From positions 1,666,280 to 1,730,279 of the forward strand of contig CM119265.1 in the NCBI GenBank assembly GCA_051294375.1: 64,000 nt of DNA. Reading direction: 5' to 3'. A program made the translations under genes and the position numbers. This DNA comes from Paraspadella gotoi. Lineage: Eukaryota; Animalia; Chaetognatha. The notes under the pieces were generated by a model. The model was not told the origin of the DNA. It ran no database searches and saw only the letters and a program-made list of their open reading frames with translations. Shown piece by piece: positions 13,070-31,518 of the stretch (positions are counted from its first letter, which is position 1; every line of letters starts with the position of its first letter).

Positions 13070-15741
13070 ATGGAAGCCTCCAATGTTTTGTTGATTTTGA
13101 ACGTTCTTGATCTGCTGACGGATTTGAAGTCAACAATCGAATACATTAACACCTTTCATCGCTCCTTTGGTTTGGCCATTCTTGGAGTCATCCTGCTCCA
13201 TTGTTTCTGCTCCAGTGTTTACGGATTGTGGACGATTCACAAAAATCAAAATCACTACTCGAGATTTATGAAAAATTCCTGGAGAAAAACTGTAGTGATT
13301 ATTTTTCATTTGTTGGGCTTGGGATGTGTGCCACTTACTATTGATCTAACTCAAGATATGAAAAACAAAAATGAAAATATGGAGTTGATAAAAATGAAAG
13401 AAAGTTTGATCTGGGGTATGAATATGATTGAATCACTGATCGAAGCATATCCTCAACTGTTGATTCAAACCGGACTGTTTTTTTATTTATTGTTAATCAG
13501 TAATGAAATATGTTTCCCGGATCTTCAGTCTGAATAGTAAGATTTTATAGTTATAGTTATACTTTTAAGTGATATTAAGATTTATAGATTTCATTTATAA
13601 TTGTATATATATTTAAGTATGAAATAATTTATATTTCATTTAATTCAGTAAAATAATATATATTTATTAAAAAAATAAAAATTTGTAAATTTAAGAGCCA
13701 ATAAAGACAGATAAATAAATAAATAAATAAAGACAGACAAATAAAGACAGGCATATAAATAAAATTAATATCAGAAACTATTTCAAGTTGTGTAAATATT
13801 TAAATACTTTGAAAAAGAAAAAAAGATTGTTGGTTCATAAATTTCACATCAAATTTTTTACTAAATAATTTTATTTGACAAAAGAGTTTTACACTAAAGA
13901 GTAAGTTTTACACTTTTCACCAAGAAATTTTATCTGACAAATACTCAAAAAAGATTCTCTGATAAATTTACTCTATAATTTCTATTTTAAGCTTATCCCC
14001 CATCATTTCATATATCCTTCTATACAAAGATAATCATGAAATTTTTCACATTTCACGTGGAAATGACACTGGAGTATGCCACTGCCAATCAGTTGACAAA
14101 AGTATGGGCTTTTTTATGATTAGACGCATTGGTTGTGATTGGAAGATCCGCGATTACTTTCCTATCATCTCTGCATCATTATCAACGATTAGCCTGGCTA
14201 AAACTGCTCACTTTTATCGAATAGATAATATGCTGATAGCTAACAGTCGCTATACTAGTAAAATAACTCTGAAAGTCATTGGAACTCTAGAAGGAATCGT
14301 AAATGTGGTTGTCATTTTGTATCTAGTCTTTGAATCATTTTTTCGTATTTCACCAATTTTCATTTTATTCATGCCGTTTATCATTTGTCGAGTGTTTGCA
14401 ATTTCTGAGTTGAAGCAGATTATGCAAAAATTATGGAATTATATGGGGAGACAAACCAGGTTTAATAAAAAATTTACTTCTATAAAATCCAGAAAATTGA
14501 ATTGGCAGTCATTGTTTATACTTTTTATTGTGTCCTTTATACTAAATATTAAAAAACATGAGGACATTGATAGGAAATCCACTTTACTATATTTTATGCA
14601 AAAGGAGTTTTCTCCTGACTTATCTCCCGATTACTATTGGGGTCTTTCAAATATTAAATATCCATTTTTAGATGGAATTTTAATAAGGCAACATATTTAT
14701 GAATTTGTCTGTTATGAGTCAAAATTGGTCCAAGCTGAAATTATGAAAAAACTGGTGAACTTACCACCTTGTAATGAATCTAGCAAAATATTGAACATTT
14801 CTGATACACATATCGCTGTCTTAATTGTTATTGGAAATCAAAAAATATGGAACCCAAACTATGAGATGTACATGGTAATGATTTTCACTGATTTTTTTAT
14901 CAGCTTTGTAACTGGCATAATTTCTGTATATGTAGATGATGAAGTGCGCAAAAATATATTAGAGATTGGAACCAACTTTATTTTTTTACTTTTGATCATC
15001 TTAAATATATTTTTTGGGATTGAATACAAAAATGCAAATGGGTCGCACTTATATCAAGTTTTATTTCGTGTCAACTATATTCATCGTGGCATAACCAAAA
15101 AAATTTCCCATAACAGTTTTCCTCCTTGGGAAAAATATTATTCAGGTCAACCGGCGGGTCTTTGCAGATTATATTTTTTCATATTCAAAACTTTAATGAC
15201 ATATTTTTTTTTTACAATTCCTTTATTGTGGATTTTGCGTTTGTTTCGTAAGATTACTTGTTTTTCATCTCATGTCACTATCAACCGCTTATTTTCTACC
15301 ATTTGCTTTGTTTCTTTAATATTTCCTTACCTTGTGTATCAAAATTGCAGAGGTGGTTGGTTAATTAAAGATCTGAAAAAAATGAACCAAAATATCAGTA
15401 ACTTAGAGGGTTTTTTTAACTTTCAAGCTCGATTTGTGAATTCAAAAATGTTAACCATATCAATTTGGAATGAAAGTTTTTTTTTTCTCTTTTCACTTTC
15501 ATTTTTACCCTTTTTCAATGGCCTCTTCATTTTCTGTTCAACCTTGTCATTCCCCATTCTGAAAAACAAAACTGTTTTCTCTCTTTTTGTTTCTTGTTTT
15601 CACGTTGGCGCCTACGTTTTGCTGAGTTCCTCTGTTCCCTCAGAGGTCGTCCCAGCAGTTGGCGATTTCGGCATTGCTGGAGATTTGGAAGTTGCACGGA
15701 AAATGAGTGACATTTTAAATCTCATTAGTAATAATTTTTAG
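13070..15741 (+). CDS. XK-related protein, paralog 2; exons 13070-13536 and 13992-15741, C-terminus truncated by a transposon insertion
   Basis: Same exon-1 length (467 nt), intron phase and motifs (ESLIEAYPQLLIQ) as paralog 1. The stop TAG falls at the insertion junction. Confidence 0.75.
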
Positions 15742-17464
15742 TCGGATCTGCTTATCAGCAGATCCCGCGGACTCTATAACTCACTTTTTCGGTCCGTCGG
15801 TCCACCCCCTCAATATTGTCGGGCACACACTTATATCATGTCAGAACATCGAATTATGATAAATTATGCAAAAAAATATGTCGTCGTTGTTCCGTGACGT
15901 CCGCTGTCTGTCGTCCGTCGTCGTCCGTCCGTCCGTCCGTCGTCCGTCCGTCCGTCCGTCCGTCCGTCCGTCCGTCCGTCCGTCGCGTCCGTCCCACCTT
16001 AGCAAAAACACCAATTACTCGTGATTGGATGGATGGATTTTAATGAAATTTTGTGTGAGGATAGGTAAGTGTGTGATTGAGCTGGATATGAAGTTTCGAT
16101 CGAATCGTCCGAGTGGAAATGAGTTTAAATGGAAAAAAAAACAAAAAAAATATTCACTATTTGAACACCAATTGCTCATGAGTGGATGGGCTGATTGACC
16201 TGGAATTTTGTATGTGGGTAGGAAAGTGTGTGTGAACAGGAAATCAAGTTTCGATGGAATAGTTTGAGTGGAATGAGTTTAAATGGAAAAAAACAAAAAA
16301 CCTGTTTACTAATTGATTATGCTTCTTTTTCCTTTTATATTAAATGTATATGCAGGATGTATTAATAAATCAAATAATTAATCAGTTATTAATCAATTAG
16401 TAAATAAAATTAATCAATAATTAATTAATTAGTCAATCAATCCGTCCATCGTCTATCTTAGCAAAAGCTCCAATAACTCGTGATTGGCTGGTTGGATTGG
16501 AATTAAATTTTGCGTGTGAGTAGGAAAGTGTGTGATAAAAGCTGGATATAAAGTTTCGATGGAATCGTGTGAGTGGAAATTAGTTTAAATGGAAAAAACA
16601 TAAGTCGAATTTACTAAAATCTTTTTTACTTATTTTAACCAATAAATACTCTAATTAATCATAATTGGATGGATAGATTGAGTTGAAATTTTGTGTGTGG
16701 GTAGGAAAATGTGTGACGAAGCTTGAATATAAAGTTTCAGTGGAAACGTACCAGTGGAAATGAGTTTAATGAAAAAAATATGAGTCACATTTACTTGAAT
16801 CTTTTTATTTATTTTAACCCATGATAGATTGAGATGAAATTTTGTGAGCCAGTAGGAAAGTGAGTGAAGAAGCTAGATATAAAGTTTTGACGGAATGCAA
16901 GTTGAAAAAATGATGCAAGTTGAAAAAATGATGCAAGTTAAATAAATCTTAAAAGCATAAGGATCGTCGCTAATTGCATAAAAAGAGAGAGAGAAAGAGA
17001 AAGAGAGAGTAGAGAGAGAGAGGAAGAGTGAGAGAGTGAGAGAGAAAGAGAGAGAGTGAGAGAGAGAGAGAGAGAGAGAAGAGAGAGGAGACATAAAATA
17101 AAAAATCTTAAAAGACTCAAGATCGAGCCAGAGCCCACTATCAAAGAAAATTAATGAAAAAACCGGGAAAAAACGATGAATCATGCGATAACGAATTATT
17201 GATGTAATAGTAATTGATTAAGGTAATACTAATTGATTGATGTAATAGTAATTTATTGATGTAATAGGAATGATTATTGATTCGATGATAATCAATTATT
17301 GATGCGATGATAGTCATTCACTGCTGTGATGATAGTCATTCACTGATGCGATGATTGTCATTCATTGATGCGATGATAGTCATTCATTGATGCGATGATA
17401 GTCAATAAAACAAAAAAATGCGTGTATGAGTGAAAGAGAGAGAGAGAGAGAGAGAGAGAGGAGA

Positions 17465-17498
<34 letters not shown>

Positions 17499-17936
17499 AG
17501 AAAGATAGAGAATAAATCCACGAAAATCTCGGATGAAAATATGGGATTTTGTATTGAAAAAAAGCGCGGAATAAATGGTAATAATAAAAGTTTTTAGAAG
17601 GAAAAATAATCAGAATTTTCAAAAAACAAACGATCACGCAAGAGATCGGACAGGAGAGGGACAGACACACACAGAGAGAAAAAGAGAGAGAGAGACAGCC
17701 GCTGCAGAGAAAAAGAGAGAGAGAAAGAGCGATATATAATAATTTAAAAGAGAGAGAAAGAGAGAAGCTCTACAGCCCCCTTTACTCGTTAAAGAATCAG
17801 CAGTACCCTATGGCGCCGGACCTAGCGTGAGCTCTTCTCTACCCAAAGGACCGGGTTCGCACCCTGTTCGCGGCATCGTTTTTTACATTAGTGAGCCCAC
17901 ATTATATTCTAAATTTTTTTTGTAAAAGAAAAAAAA

Positions 17937-18017
<81 letters not shown>

Positions 18018-18507
18018 AGCTGAGAGAGAAATCAGAAGAAGCAGTACGGAGAAAAAGAGAGAGAGAGAGAGCGACATATATTTAAAAGAAAGAGAGAGAG
18101 AGAGCGACATATAATTAAAACGTTTTTGTTTTGTAAATAAAACATAAACAAATACGAATATTGATATGAAACATGAGAATTTTAAAGATCTTGATCTTAG
18201 AAGCATATTATGAAATTTCAACTCCCTTTATATCACACTTTCAGAAGCCATGATTGCAAAAAAGCGTGACCGAAAGCTAAACCGAATCAAAATCTGATAA
18301 TAGAGGATATTGTTTGTTTTGATAAATGTAAACAAAACATTTATAAACTGTCCTGACTCAATTTTTAGGACATCGATGAGGGCAAGCTGAATAATAAATT
18401 ATAATTAATTATTAAAATTAATTAATTAATTAATCTATATAATTAATTAATCTATTTGATTAATTAATTATTCGTAGCAGATCCGACATTGTTTGCTCAA
18501 ACTTGTT
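15736..18507 (+). mobile_element. Helentron-associated / DINE-1-like non-autonomous element (family 1), about 2.77 kb
   Basis: Subterminal inverted repeats GTCGGATCTGCT (15741) and AGCAGATCCGAC (18476), a nearby partial IR (AGCAGATCCC), a (GTCC)n microsatellite at 15900-15995, central tandem blocks at 16010-16900, a 3' hairpin GTTTG-CT-CAAAC, and insertion into a T run. Confidence 0.8.
17800..17883 (+). repeat. tRNA-like SINE head nested in the HINE
   Basis: TGGCGCCGGACC (A-box-like) ... CCCAAAGGACCGGGTTCGCACCC (B-box/T-arm-like) followed by a T run; similar to the head at 61642-61714. Confidence 0.45.
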
Positions 18508-18644
18508 TTTTTGGAGATTCAGTTATGAATTTTTATCTAAAAAGATTTATAGATATCGTGAGTGATAAGCGTTTTAATTCCCTAAATCTCCCATCTTTGA
18601 TTTTCATGGTAATTCCATTCAACTTTTTGCTGTTTTCTGAATAG
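18508..18644 (+). pseudogene. Displaced C-terminal coding remnant of XK paralog 2
   Basis: Translates to FGDSVMNFYLKRFIDIVSDKRFNSLNLPSLIFMVIPFNFLLFSE*, collinear with the paralog 1 end LEKSVLNLFLDKFIAIVSDKRFNFLNFPSLIFLVIPFNFLLFSD*. Confidence 0.85.
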
Positions 18645-18752
18645 TCCTATTTATTTTATAAAATTTTATTTATTTCACTGAATTCCCGTATGTACAATAT
18701 ATAGCTAAGGTGGAGGATAAGCAATTCAATGTAGTTAATCTAAGTGATTTGA

Positions 18753-19330
18753 TAAGCGATTTTATATCCTTAATCTAAGCGATTCAATGTTCTTAATCTA
18801 AGCGATTTGATGTCCTTAATCTAAGGGATTCAATGTCCTTAATCTAAACAATTCAATGTCCTTAATCTAAGCAATTCGATGTCCTTAATCTAAGTGATTT
18901 GATGTCCTTAATCTAAGCGATTCGATGTCCTTAATCTAAGCAATTCAATTTCCATAATCTAAGCGATTTGATGTCCTTAATCTAAGCAATCTTATGTTCT
19001 TAATCTAAGAGATTCGATGTCCTTAATCTAAACAATTCAATGTCCTTAATCTAAGTGATTTGATATCCTTAATCTAAGCGATTCAATGTTCTTAATCTAA
19101 GCGATTCAATGTTCTTAATCTAAGCGATTCAATTTCCTTAATCTAAGAGATTCCATATCCTTAATCTGAGCGATTTGATATTCTTAATCTAAGCGATTTG
19201 ATGTCCTTAATCTAAGTGATTCAATGTTCTTAATCTAGGTGATTCGATGTCCTTAATCTAAGTGATTCGATGTTCTTAATCTAAGTGATTCGATATTCTT
19301 AATCTAAGTGATTCGATGTCTTTAATCTAT
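18753..19330. repeat. 23-bp minisatellite, about 25 copies
   Basis: Unit TAAGCGATTCAATGTCCTTAATC. Confidence 0.95.
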
Positions 19331-20074
19331 GATACTATCTTTGATATTCTTGAAAATTCCATACAATTTTTTGCTGTTTTTTTGAATTTGTCAAACTTTG
19401 ATAAATTCCGTTTTATTTTTTAAATTCAGAAAACGGTGTTTTTAAATTTTGAACAAAGGGATAATCACATGAAGTTTTCTTTTTTTTTTTAATTTGTAAA
19501 AAATAAACCAAAAATGTGCACAAAATGAAAACAATACAATTAAATATGTCGTTATATAATACAGGAATGTTCTAGGTATATTGTTTATTCTCTAACATTG
19601 AGATACACTGAAGATAAGGTAAAAAAAACAATTGAAAGCAATTTAAACATTAAATCAAAAATGAAATTTTTTTTCAAATTATTTCAGACAATAAAACCTA
19701 CTGGTCATGGCGCCGTCAAAAATTAGCACCGCATTGTTTATTACATTTTTAAAAAATTAAAAAATGTTTTTCCGCTTAAAAAAAGAATATAAATCGCGAT
19801 TGTAAATTTTTTTGATCCAAGGTACCTTTGCAAGCATTTTTTCCATGTTATCTAAAAAATTTTTCTCTAACATTTTCATGAAAATTTCTTTTTTCCTACT
19901 TTATAATCTCGAATTTGTAATTTAGTTATCATTTTTTTACTATAAAATTTATTTTAGTTAATGCCAGTAATAATTAAAGTTTTGTTCTTGATTCAGTGTA
20001 CTTAAATGAATCTTAAATAAACTAACAAAACATATCCTCTATTTTTCTATTCTCTTTTTAATTAGCTGTTCTCT

Positions 20075-20142
<68 letters not shown>

Positions 20143-20156
20143 CCTCCTTTTCTCTC

Positions 20157-24909
<4,753 letters not shown>

Positions 24910-25481
24910 CTTGAATTAATAACAAAAGGGAAAACGATTTTTTTTGTTAAATGTTTTAAATATTTATTATTATTATTTATTTATCTTTTTTTAATTATTA
25001 TTATTTTATTCAATATTTCTCTTTCTTTTCATTCTTTAGTTCAAGAATTTCAAGCGCATTGGACTTTGCTATTTTTTTTATTAAGTGCATATTATCTTGA
25101 AAATAATAATAATAATAATAAATAAAAGATAAAAATTAAACTTTTCTAAATTTATTTTTAAACTTTAAATTCTAATCGAATTTCAACTGATAGACAGGAA
25201 ATATATATTTCATTAAGTTTTTCCTCTGTCTGCTGCAATGAATACAATTGCAAAACAATGAAATACCCAATCTAATTCATTGCCAACGCAAAGGCTATTG
25301 CCAATCCCGCTAATTCTCCACCCTTCACCGCCATTAACCGCCACTCACTGTTCTTGTCTGCCACCGATTACCAGTCACTGCCGCTCACTGCAAAAAAATA
25401 TTGCCACTCATAATTAGTCTCTCCTTCTTTTTCGACGTCGAAGCTAATCTCAGCAATTAATTATCGCGCTTCTCTGCTCAG

Positions 25482-25514
<33 letters not shown>

Positions 25515-26328
25515 TCTCCTCCTCTTCCTCCTCCCCTTCCTCCTCCTCTTTCTCCTCCTCTTCCTCCTACTCCTTTTCGCTCTCGGAGGAGGAGAGGAGG
25601 AGGAGGAAGAGTAGGAGGAAGCAGAGGAGGAAGAGGAGGAGCAAGAAGAGAGAGGAGGAAGAAGAAATAAAGAGGATTAGAAGCTAGAAGAGGAATTGGA
25701 GGAGGAAGAGGAGTGAGAAGAGGAAGAGGAAGAGGTTGAAGGAAGAGAAGAGGAGGAAGAAAAAATGAAGAGGATTAGAGGTAGAAGAGGAGTTGNNNNN
25801 NNNNNNNNNNNNNNNNNNNNTCTTCCTCCTCCTCCTCTTCCTCCTCCGACTCCTGTTCTACCTTCTAATCCTCCTCATTTCTTCTTCCTCCTCTTCTTCC
25901 TCTTTCCTCCACCTCATCCCCTTTTTTCTCGTCAATCTTCTTATCTTTATTTTCCTCCTTTTCCTCTTTTCTCTTTTCTTTTTGTTTCTTTTATTTTCTC
26001 TTTTCTCTATTTTCTTTTCTTTTCTCTTTTCTTTTTGTTTCTTTTATTTTCTCTTTTCTCTATTTTCTTTTCTTTTCTCTTTTCTCTATTTTCTTTCCTT
26101 TTCTTGCCTCTTACTCTTCCATCTCTTTTAACTTTTTCCCTTTCCTCCTTTCCTTCATTCATTATCTCCTTTCCTCATTTCCTTATCTCGCCCCCTTAAC
26201 ACCCTTCCCTCTCCCTCTCTCTCTCTCTCTACGTTTACTCTCCCTCTCTTTCTCTCTCCCTTTCTTCCCTTAACTCTCCATTTCTCTTCCTCCTTTCCTC
26301 TCCCCCTCTCTCTCTCTCTCCTTCCTCT

Positions 26329-26382
<54 letters not shown>

Positions 26383-27022
26383 CTTCTCCCTCTCTCTCTC
26401 CCTTTCTCCCTTTCCTCTCCCTTCTCTCTCTCTCTTTTCCTCCTCCCTCCCTTCCTCTCTCTATCTTTCCCTCTCTCTCCCTGTCTCTCTCTCCTTCTTC
26501 TCTCCCTCTCTCTTTTGACTGTCCGCCATTTCGATGCTCGTTCACCATATTTCACGATTTTCTGTCTCGCATCTCCTGGTCGCCAGCAGGAGTTGTTCTC
26601 GTCTTGGTGGTTGTCGTCGTCGTCGTCGTCGTTATTGTTGTTGTTATCTTCGTCGTCGTCGACGTCGTTATCGTTGTTGTTGTTGTTATCTTCGTCGCTT
26701 TCTTTTTCATTTTTTTGTTATATTCTGTTCGTTGTCATCGTTATCGTCGTTAGAATCGTCGTCGTCGTTATCGTCGTCTTCATTATCGTCGTCGCTCACT
26801 TGGTTAAAAAGGAAAAAGAAAAAGAAAAAAAAATGTTACTGGGAAATGAGAGCAACCGCCCACGCAAGTGAATGAGGAGAAGGAGGAGGAGGAGGAAGAG
26901 GAGGAGGAGGAAGAAAAGGAGGAAGAGTAGGAGGAGGAAGAAGAGGAGGAGGAGGAGGATAGAACGAGAATTGAAGTCCCTGATGGCGTGACGAGTTGAG
27001 AGAGAGAGAGAAAGAGAGAGAT

Positions 27023-27057
<35 letters not shown>

Positions 27058-27429
27058 TAAAGGGAGAGACAAAGAGAGAGAGGCAGAGAGCGAGATAGAG
27101 AAAGTAAAAGAGAGAAAGAGAGACAGTCAGACAGAGATAGAGTTGCCTTTTCCACCAGAATTTTTTTTTCTTTCTCTTGAGAAAACAAAAAATCCAGTTG
27201 CTTCAACCGCAAATTGTTGTTGTTTTTGTTGTTGTAGTTATTTTTGTTGTCATTTTTGTTGTTGTTTTTATTGATGTTGTTTTTGTTTTTGTTGTAGCAG
27301 ATAAGGACGAGTTTTTGTTATCAGTTGGCGCCAGAAGTTTATTGCTTCAGGCAACGAATCCGAAATGTCACGGACACTCTGTCTCCCTCTCTCTCTCTTT
27401 CTCCCTCTATCTCTCTCTCTCTTTTTCTC

Positions 27430-28730
27430 TCTCTCTCTATCTCTCTCTGAAGCAAAAACCAGGAAAATAAAAAAGAATGATTTATAAAAGATTTTGTATA
27501 AATTATTCTTCCTTTTTCGAGTTTTTCGTAGTTGTATTAAAATTTTATATAAAAGCTTGATTTTAAAGTCAAGAGGCAAAATAGATTATTATTAAAATGA
27601 ATGGATAATTTTATATTAGTTGTACCAGTTTCAATAAATGACTTAACCATTACATAATAAACATTATTTACAATATTAGTGATCTACATAATAATTTTCT
27701 AGTTTACAATTCATTTCGCTTGATTGCGTTAACAATCAAAATGAGTATTGAGCAAAAGTTTTAAACACATTGACCTAAAAACGTCAAGCCCAAAAGCATA
27801 TGGACTGCGTCGTGAGTTTCGCGGTAAGTGAGACCTTCAATAATACAAGAAACGCGGATCATAAAAGATCAAGAGGAGGTCAAAGAAAGGTCAGAACGGC
27901 GAAAGAGAGAGAGAGTGAGAGAGTGAAGTGAGAGAGGAGAGAAGAGAGGAGATAGAAATATATTTAATCTCAGCATGAAAAGTTAAGGAGGCTTCTTCTC
28001 ATTAACTACTGATTCTTTATCTGAATTTGATATAAACCCATAGGAATTATCCATTATTTAAATAAATAAGCTATCATTGCCCTGATTTGGACAGTGTTTG
28101 GTGGTTTAAGGCCTCCAACACTCTTACAAATGATAATGACCGTAGCACGGTCCCTGCAAGCTTTCAATCAGAACTCTCACAGTCTCGTTTATTCACTCTC
28201 AGTAGTACCTGCGCTTTCTTATCATGAGTGGTAAAATATTTCAAAGAATATTTCAATTGTATGAAAAGATCACTCCTTTATCAAAAACGGAGACGACAAC
28301 AACAACGTCAACTGCCAGTGTAACAATTAGATTTACATAAAGAACCACCAATATGATGCTCAATAAAAATCGTACGTTGACGAACGACGACAACCGACGA
28401 CAGAAATTTGATGCAGAAAACATAAAATTCGAATGAAAGACAATCGAATATTTTATTTCCTACCTCCTCTATTTCCTCCTCCTCCTCTTCCTTTCTCCTC
28501 CTCTCCTCCTCTTTCCTTCCTTCCTCTTCCTCCTTCCTCTTTCTCTTCCTCTTCTTATCCTCTTCCTCTTGCTCCTCTTTCTGCTTTCCTCCTCATTCTC
28601 TTCTTCCTCTCCTCTTCCTCCTCAGTTCTCTTCCCTCCTCCATTTTCCGCAGCTAACGGTTTTAAATAATTTTGTTTTTAGTCTCATCTTTTCGCTTCTT
28701 CTCCACCCTTCCTCTCTCTTCCTCTCTTTT

Positions 28731-28792
<62 letters not shown>

Positions 28793-29926
28793 CTCTGCTC
28801 TCCTCCGTTTCCCTCTCCTCCCCTTCCTCCTCCGCCCTTCCTCTCCGACAAAAAGAGGAAAATCGATTACATTACGGGGTTCAGCGAGAAGAAAGTCGAT
28901 TACAACACGTTATTTCAATTACTATCCGGAAAACGAACACACATTTGAATTACATCCGGATGATGGAACTCCTGTCGATGAAAAAACTGGAGAGAGAAGA
29001 GGGAAATCAGGTGAGAGTGACGACGATTGACACATTCGATATACGAAGCCCCGACCGACCGGATATGACCGATGACCGACCGACGCGCCGGACGCGACCA
29101 CCGACCGACGACCGAGCCGATTACCGGATTCCGACTGACCGACGACCGACCGACGACCGGACCGAATCGACCGGACCGAACGAGCCGACCGACCCGGAGG
29201 CCTCGAACCGACGATGCCGACCCAGCCGACGACCGGACCGACGACCGACCGTAGCCGACCAGACGCGACCGGTCGCACCGGACACGACTGACCGAGCCGA
29301 CCGAGTCCGACTTGTAGCCGACACGACTGCGACCGATGGCGGCGACTTTGCGTCCTGAATTCGATTCCGATCGACCTAACGACGCGATTGCCCGGTAAAC
29401 CCGACGACCGACGACCGGAAAAATGTAATTAAAAGAGATCGCACTCCCAGTGGTCGCGGCCCAAACTAGTAAAACCAAACAAACCAAGAGTTTTTTTTTA
29501 GTTGTCACGTGCGTTCCCGAGGACGCCAAGAAAAGCATAAAACGAAGCGCCAGCTTTATATGAATTCTATAGACTCGGTACCTTACAACGCGACGACGGA
29601 CACAACATCAACGACAACAACAACTGACATACATCAACTACATCAACGAATGCCGATAACCAGTTGTGAGACCAGCAAGGTGAGTAATAATTTGTATTAA
29701 GTTTGTGTAATTTTCAAGCTTCCTCCTATGGTAAATGAGAGTTATTGTATATTTCATTGTATATCATCAAATCGGTACTGAGAAGAAGCAAAAGTAAAGT
29801 AAAAGATGGCGAAAGAGAAGAAGAAGCAGGGAGAGAGAATCAGGAAGAGAGAGCAGAGAAGAGAAAGAGGAGGAGAGCTGAGAGAGAGAGAGAGAGATGA
29901 GAGACAGGAGATGAGAGAGAGACGAG

Positions 29927-29970
<44 letters not shown>

Positions 29971-30075
29971 AGAAGAGAAGAGGAGAGAGAGAGAGAGAGA
30001 AAGAAAGAGAGAGAGAGATAGAGAGAGAGAGAGATAGGAGAGAGAAAGAGNNNNNNNNNNNNNNNNNNNNNNNNN

Positions 30076-30110
<35 letters not shown>

Positions 30111-31439
30111 CCTCTTCTTTTTCTCTTTCGCCATCTTTTATTTCACTTTTATGCTTCTTCAGTACATTTGATGATATACAATGAATATACAATTTAACTC
30201 TCATTTCCTAGAGAAGCTTGAAAATTAAACAAACGTAATAAAATTATTAACTCACCTCGTGTCTCAACTTGTTATCGGCATCGTTGATGTAGTTGATGTT
30301 GTCGTTGATGTTGTCGTTGATGTTGTTGTCGTCGTCGTCGTTGTAAGGAACGAGTCTATAGAATTCATAAGCTGCGCTTCGTTTTAGTTTTTTGGCGTCG
30401 GGAAAACTGACAAAAAAAAACTCGGTTTGTTTGGTTTTACTAGTTGGGCCGCGACCACTGGAGGTGCGACTCTTTAATTCNNNNNNNNNNNNNNNNNNNN
30501 NNNNNNNNNNNNNNNNNNNNNNNNNNNNNNNNNNNNNNNNNNNNNNNNNNNNNNNNNNNNNNNNNNNNNNNNNNNNNNNNNNNNNNNNNNNNNNNNNNNN
30601 NNNNNNNNNNNNNNNNNNNNNNNNNNNNNNNNNNNNNNNNNNNNNNNNNNNNNNNNNNNNNNNNNNNNNNNNNNNNNNNNNNNNNNNNNNNNNNNNNNNN
30701 NNNNNNNNNNNNNNNNNNNNNNNNNNNNNNNNNNNNNNNNNNNNNNNNNNNNNNNNNNNNNNNNNNNNNNNNNNNNNNNNNNNNNNNNNNNNNNNNNNNN
30801 NNNNNNNNNNNNNNNNNNNNNNNNNNNNNNNNNNNNNNNNNNNNNNNNNNNNNNNNNNNNNNNNNATCGCGATATGAAATTGTAATGCGCGGTTCCTCGG
30901 GGTCGTCGGTCAATCGGTCGTCGGTCGGTCCGGATCGGATGCGTCGTCGATGCGATTCGTCGTGTCGTCGGTCGCCGGTCGGTCGGTCGGCTCGGTCGGG
31001 TCGTCGTCGGTGGTCGTCGGTCGGTCGGTCGGTTTCGAGTCGGTCGGTCGGTCCGGTCGGTCTCGGTCGGTCGGCCATCGGTCGGTCGGTCGGTCGTCGC
31101 TCGGTCAATCGGTCCGGTCGTCGGTCGGTCTTCGGTCGGTCGGTCGGTCGGTCGGTCGTCGTCGGTCGGTCGGTCGGTCGGTCGGTCGGTCGGTCGTCGG
31201 TCTGTCTATCGATTGTCATCGTCGTCACTCTCACCTGATTTCCCTCTTCTCTCTTCCAGTTTTTTCATCGACATGAGTTCCATCATCCGGATGTAATTCA
31301 AATGTGTGTTCGTTCTCCGGATGTAATTGAAAAATACGTGTTGTAATTGACTTTTCTCGCTGACCCGTATGTAATCATTGATTTTCCTCTTTATTCGGAG
31401 AGGAAGGCGAGAGGAGGAGGGGAGGAGAGGGAAAAAAAG

Positions 31440-31518
<79 letters not shown>

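Noticed and set aside
17800-17883. Functional tRNA gene
   Set aside because: Acceptor and anticodon stems do not pair properly; treated as a SINE-like head.
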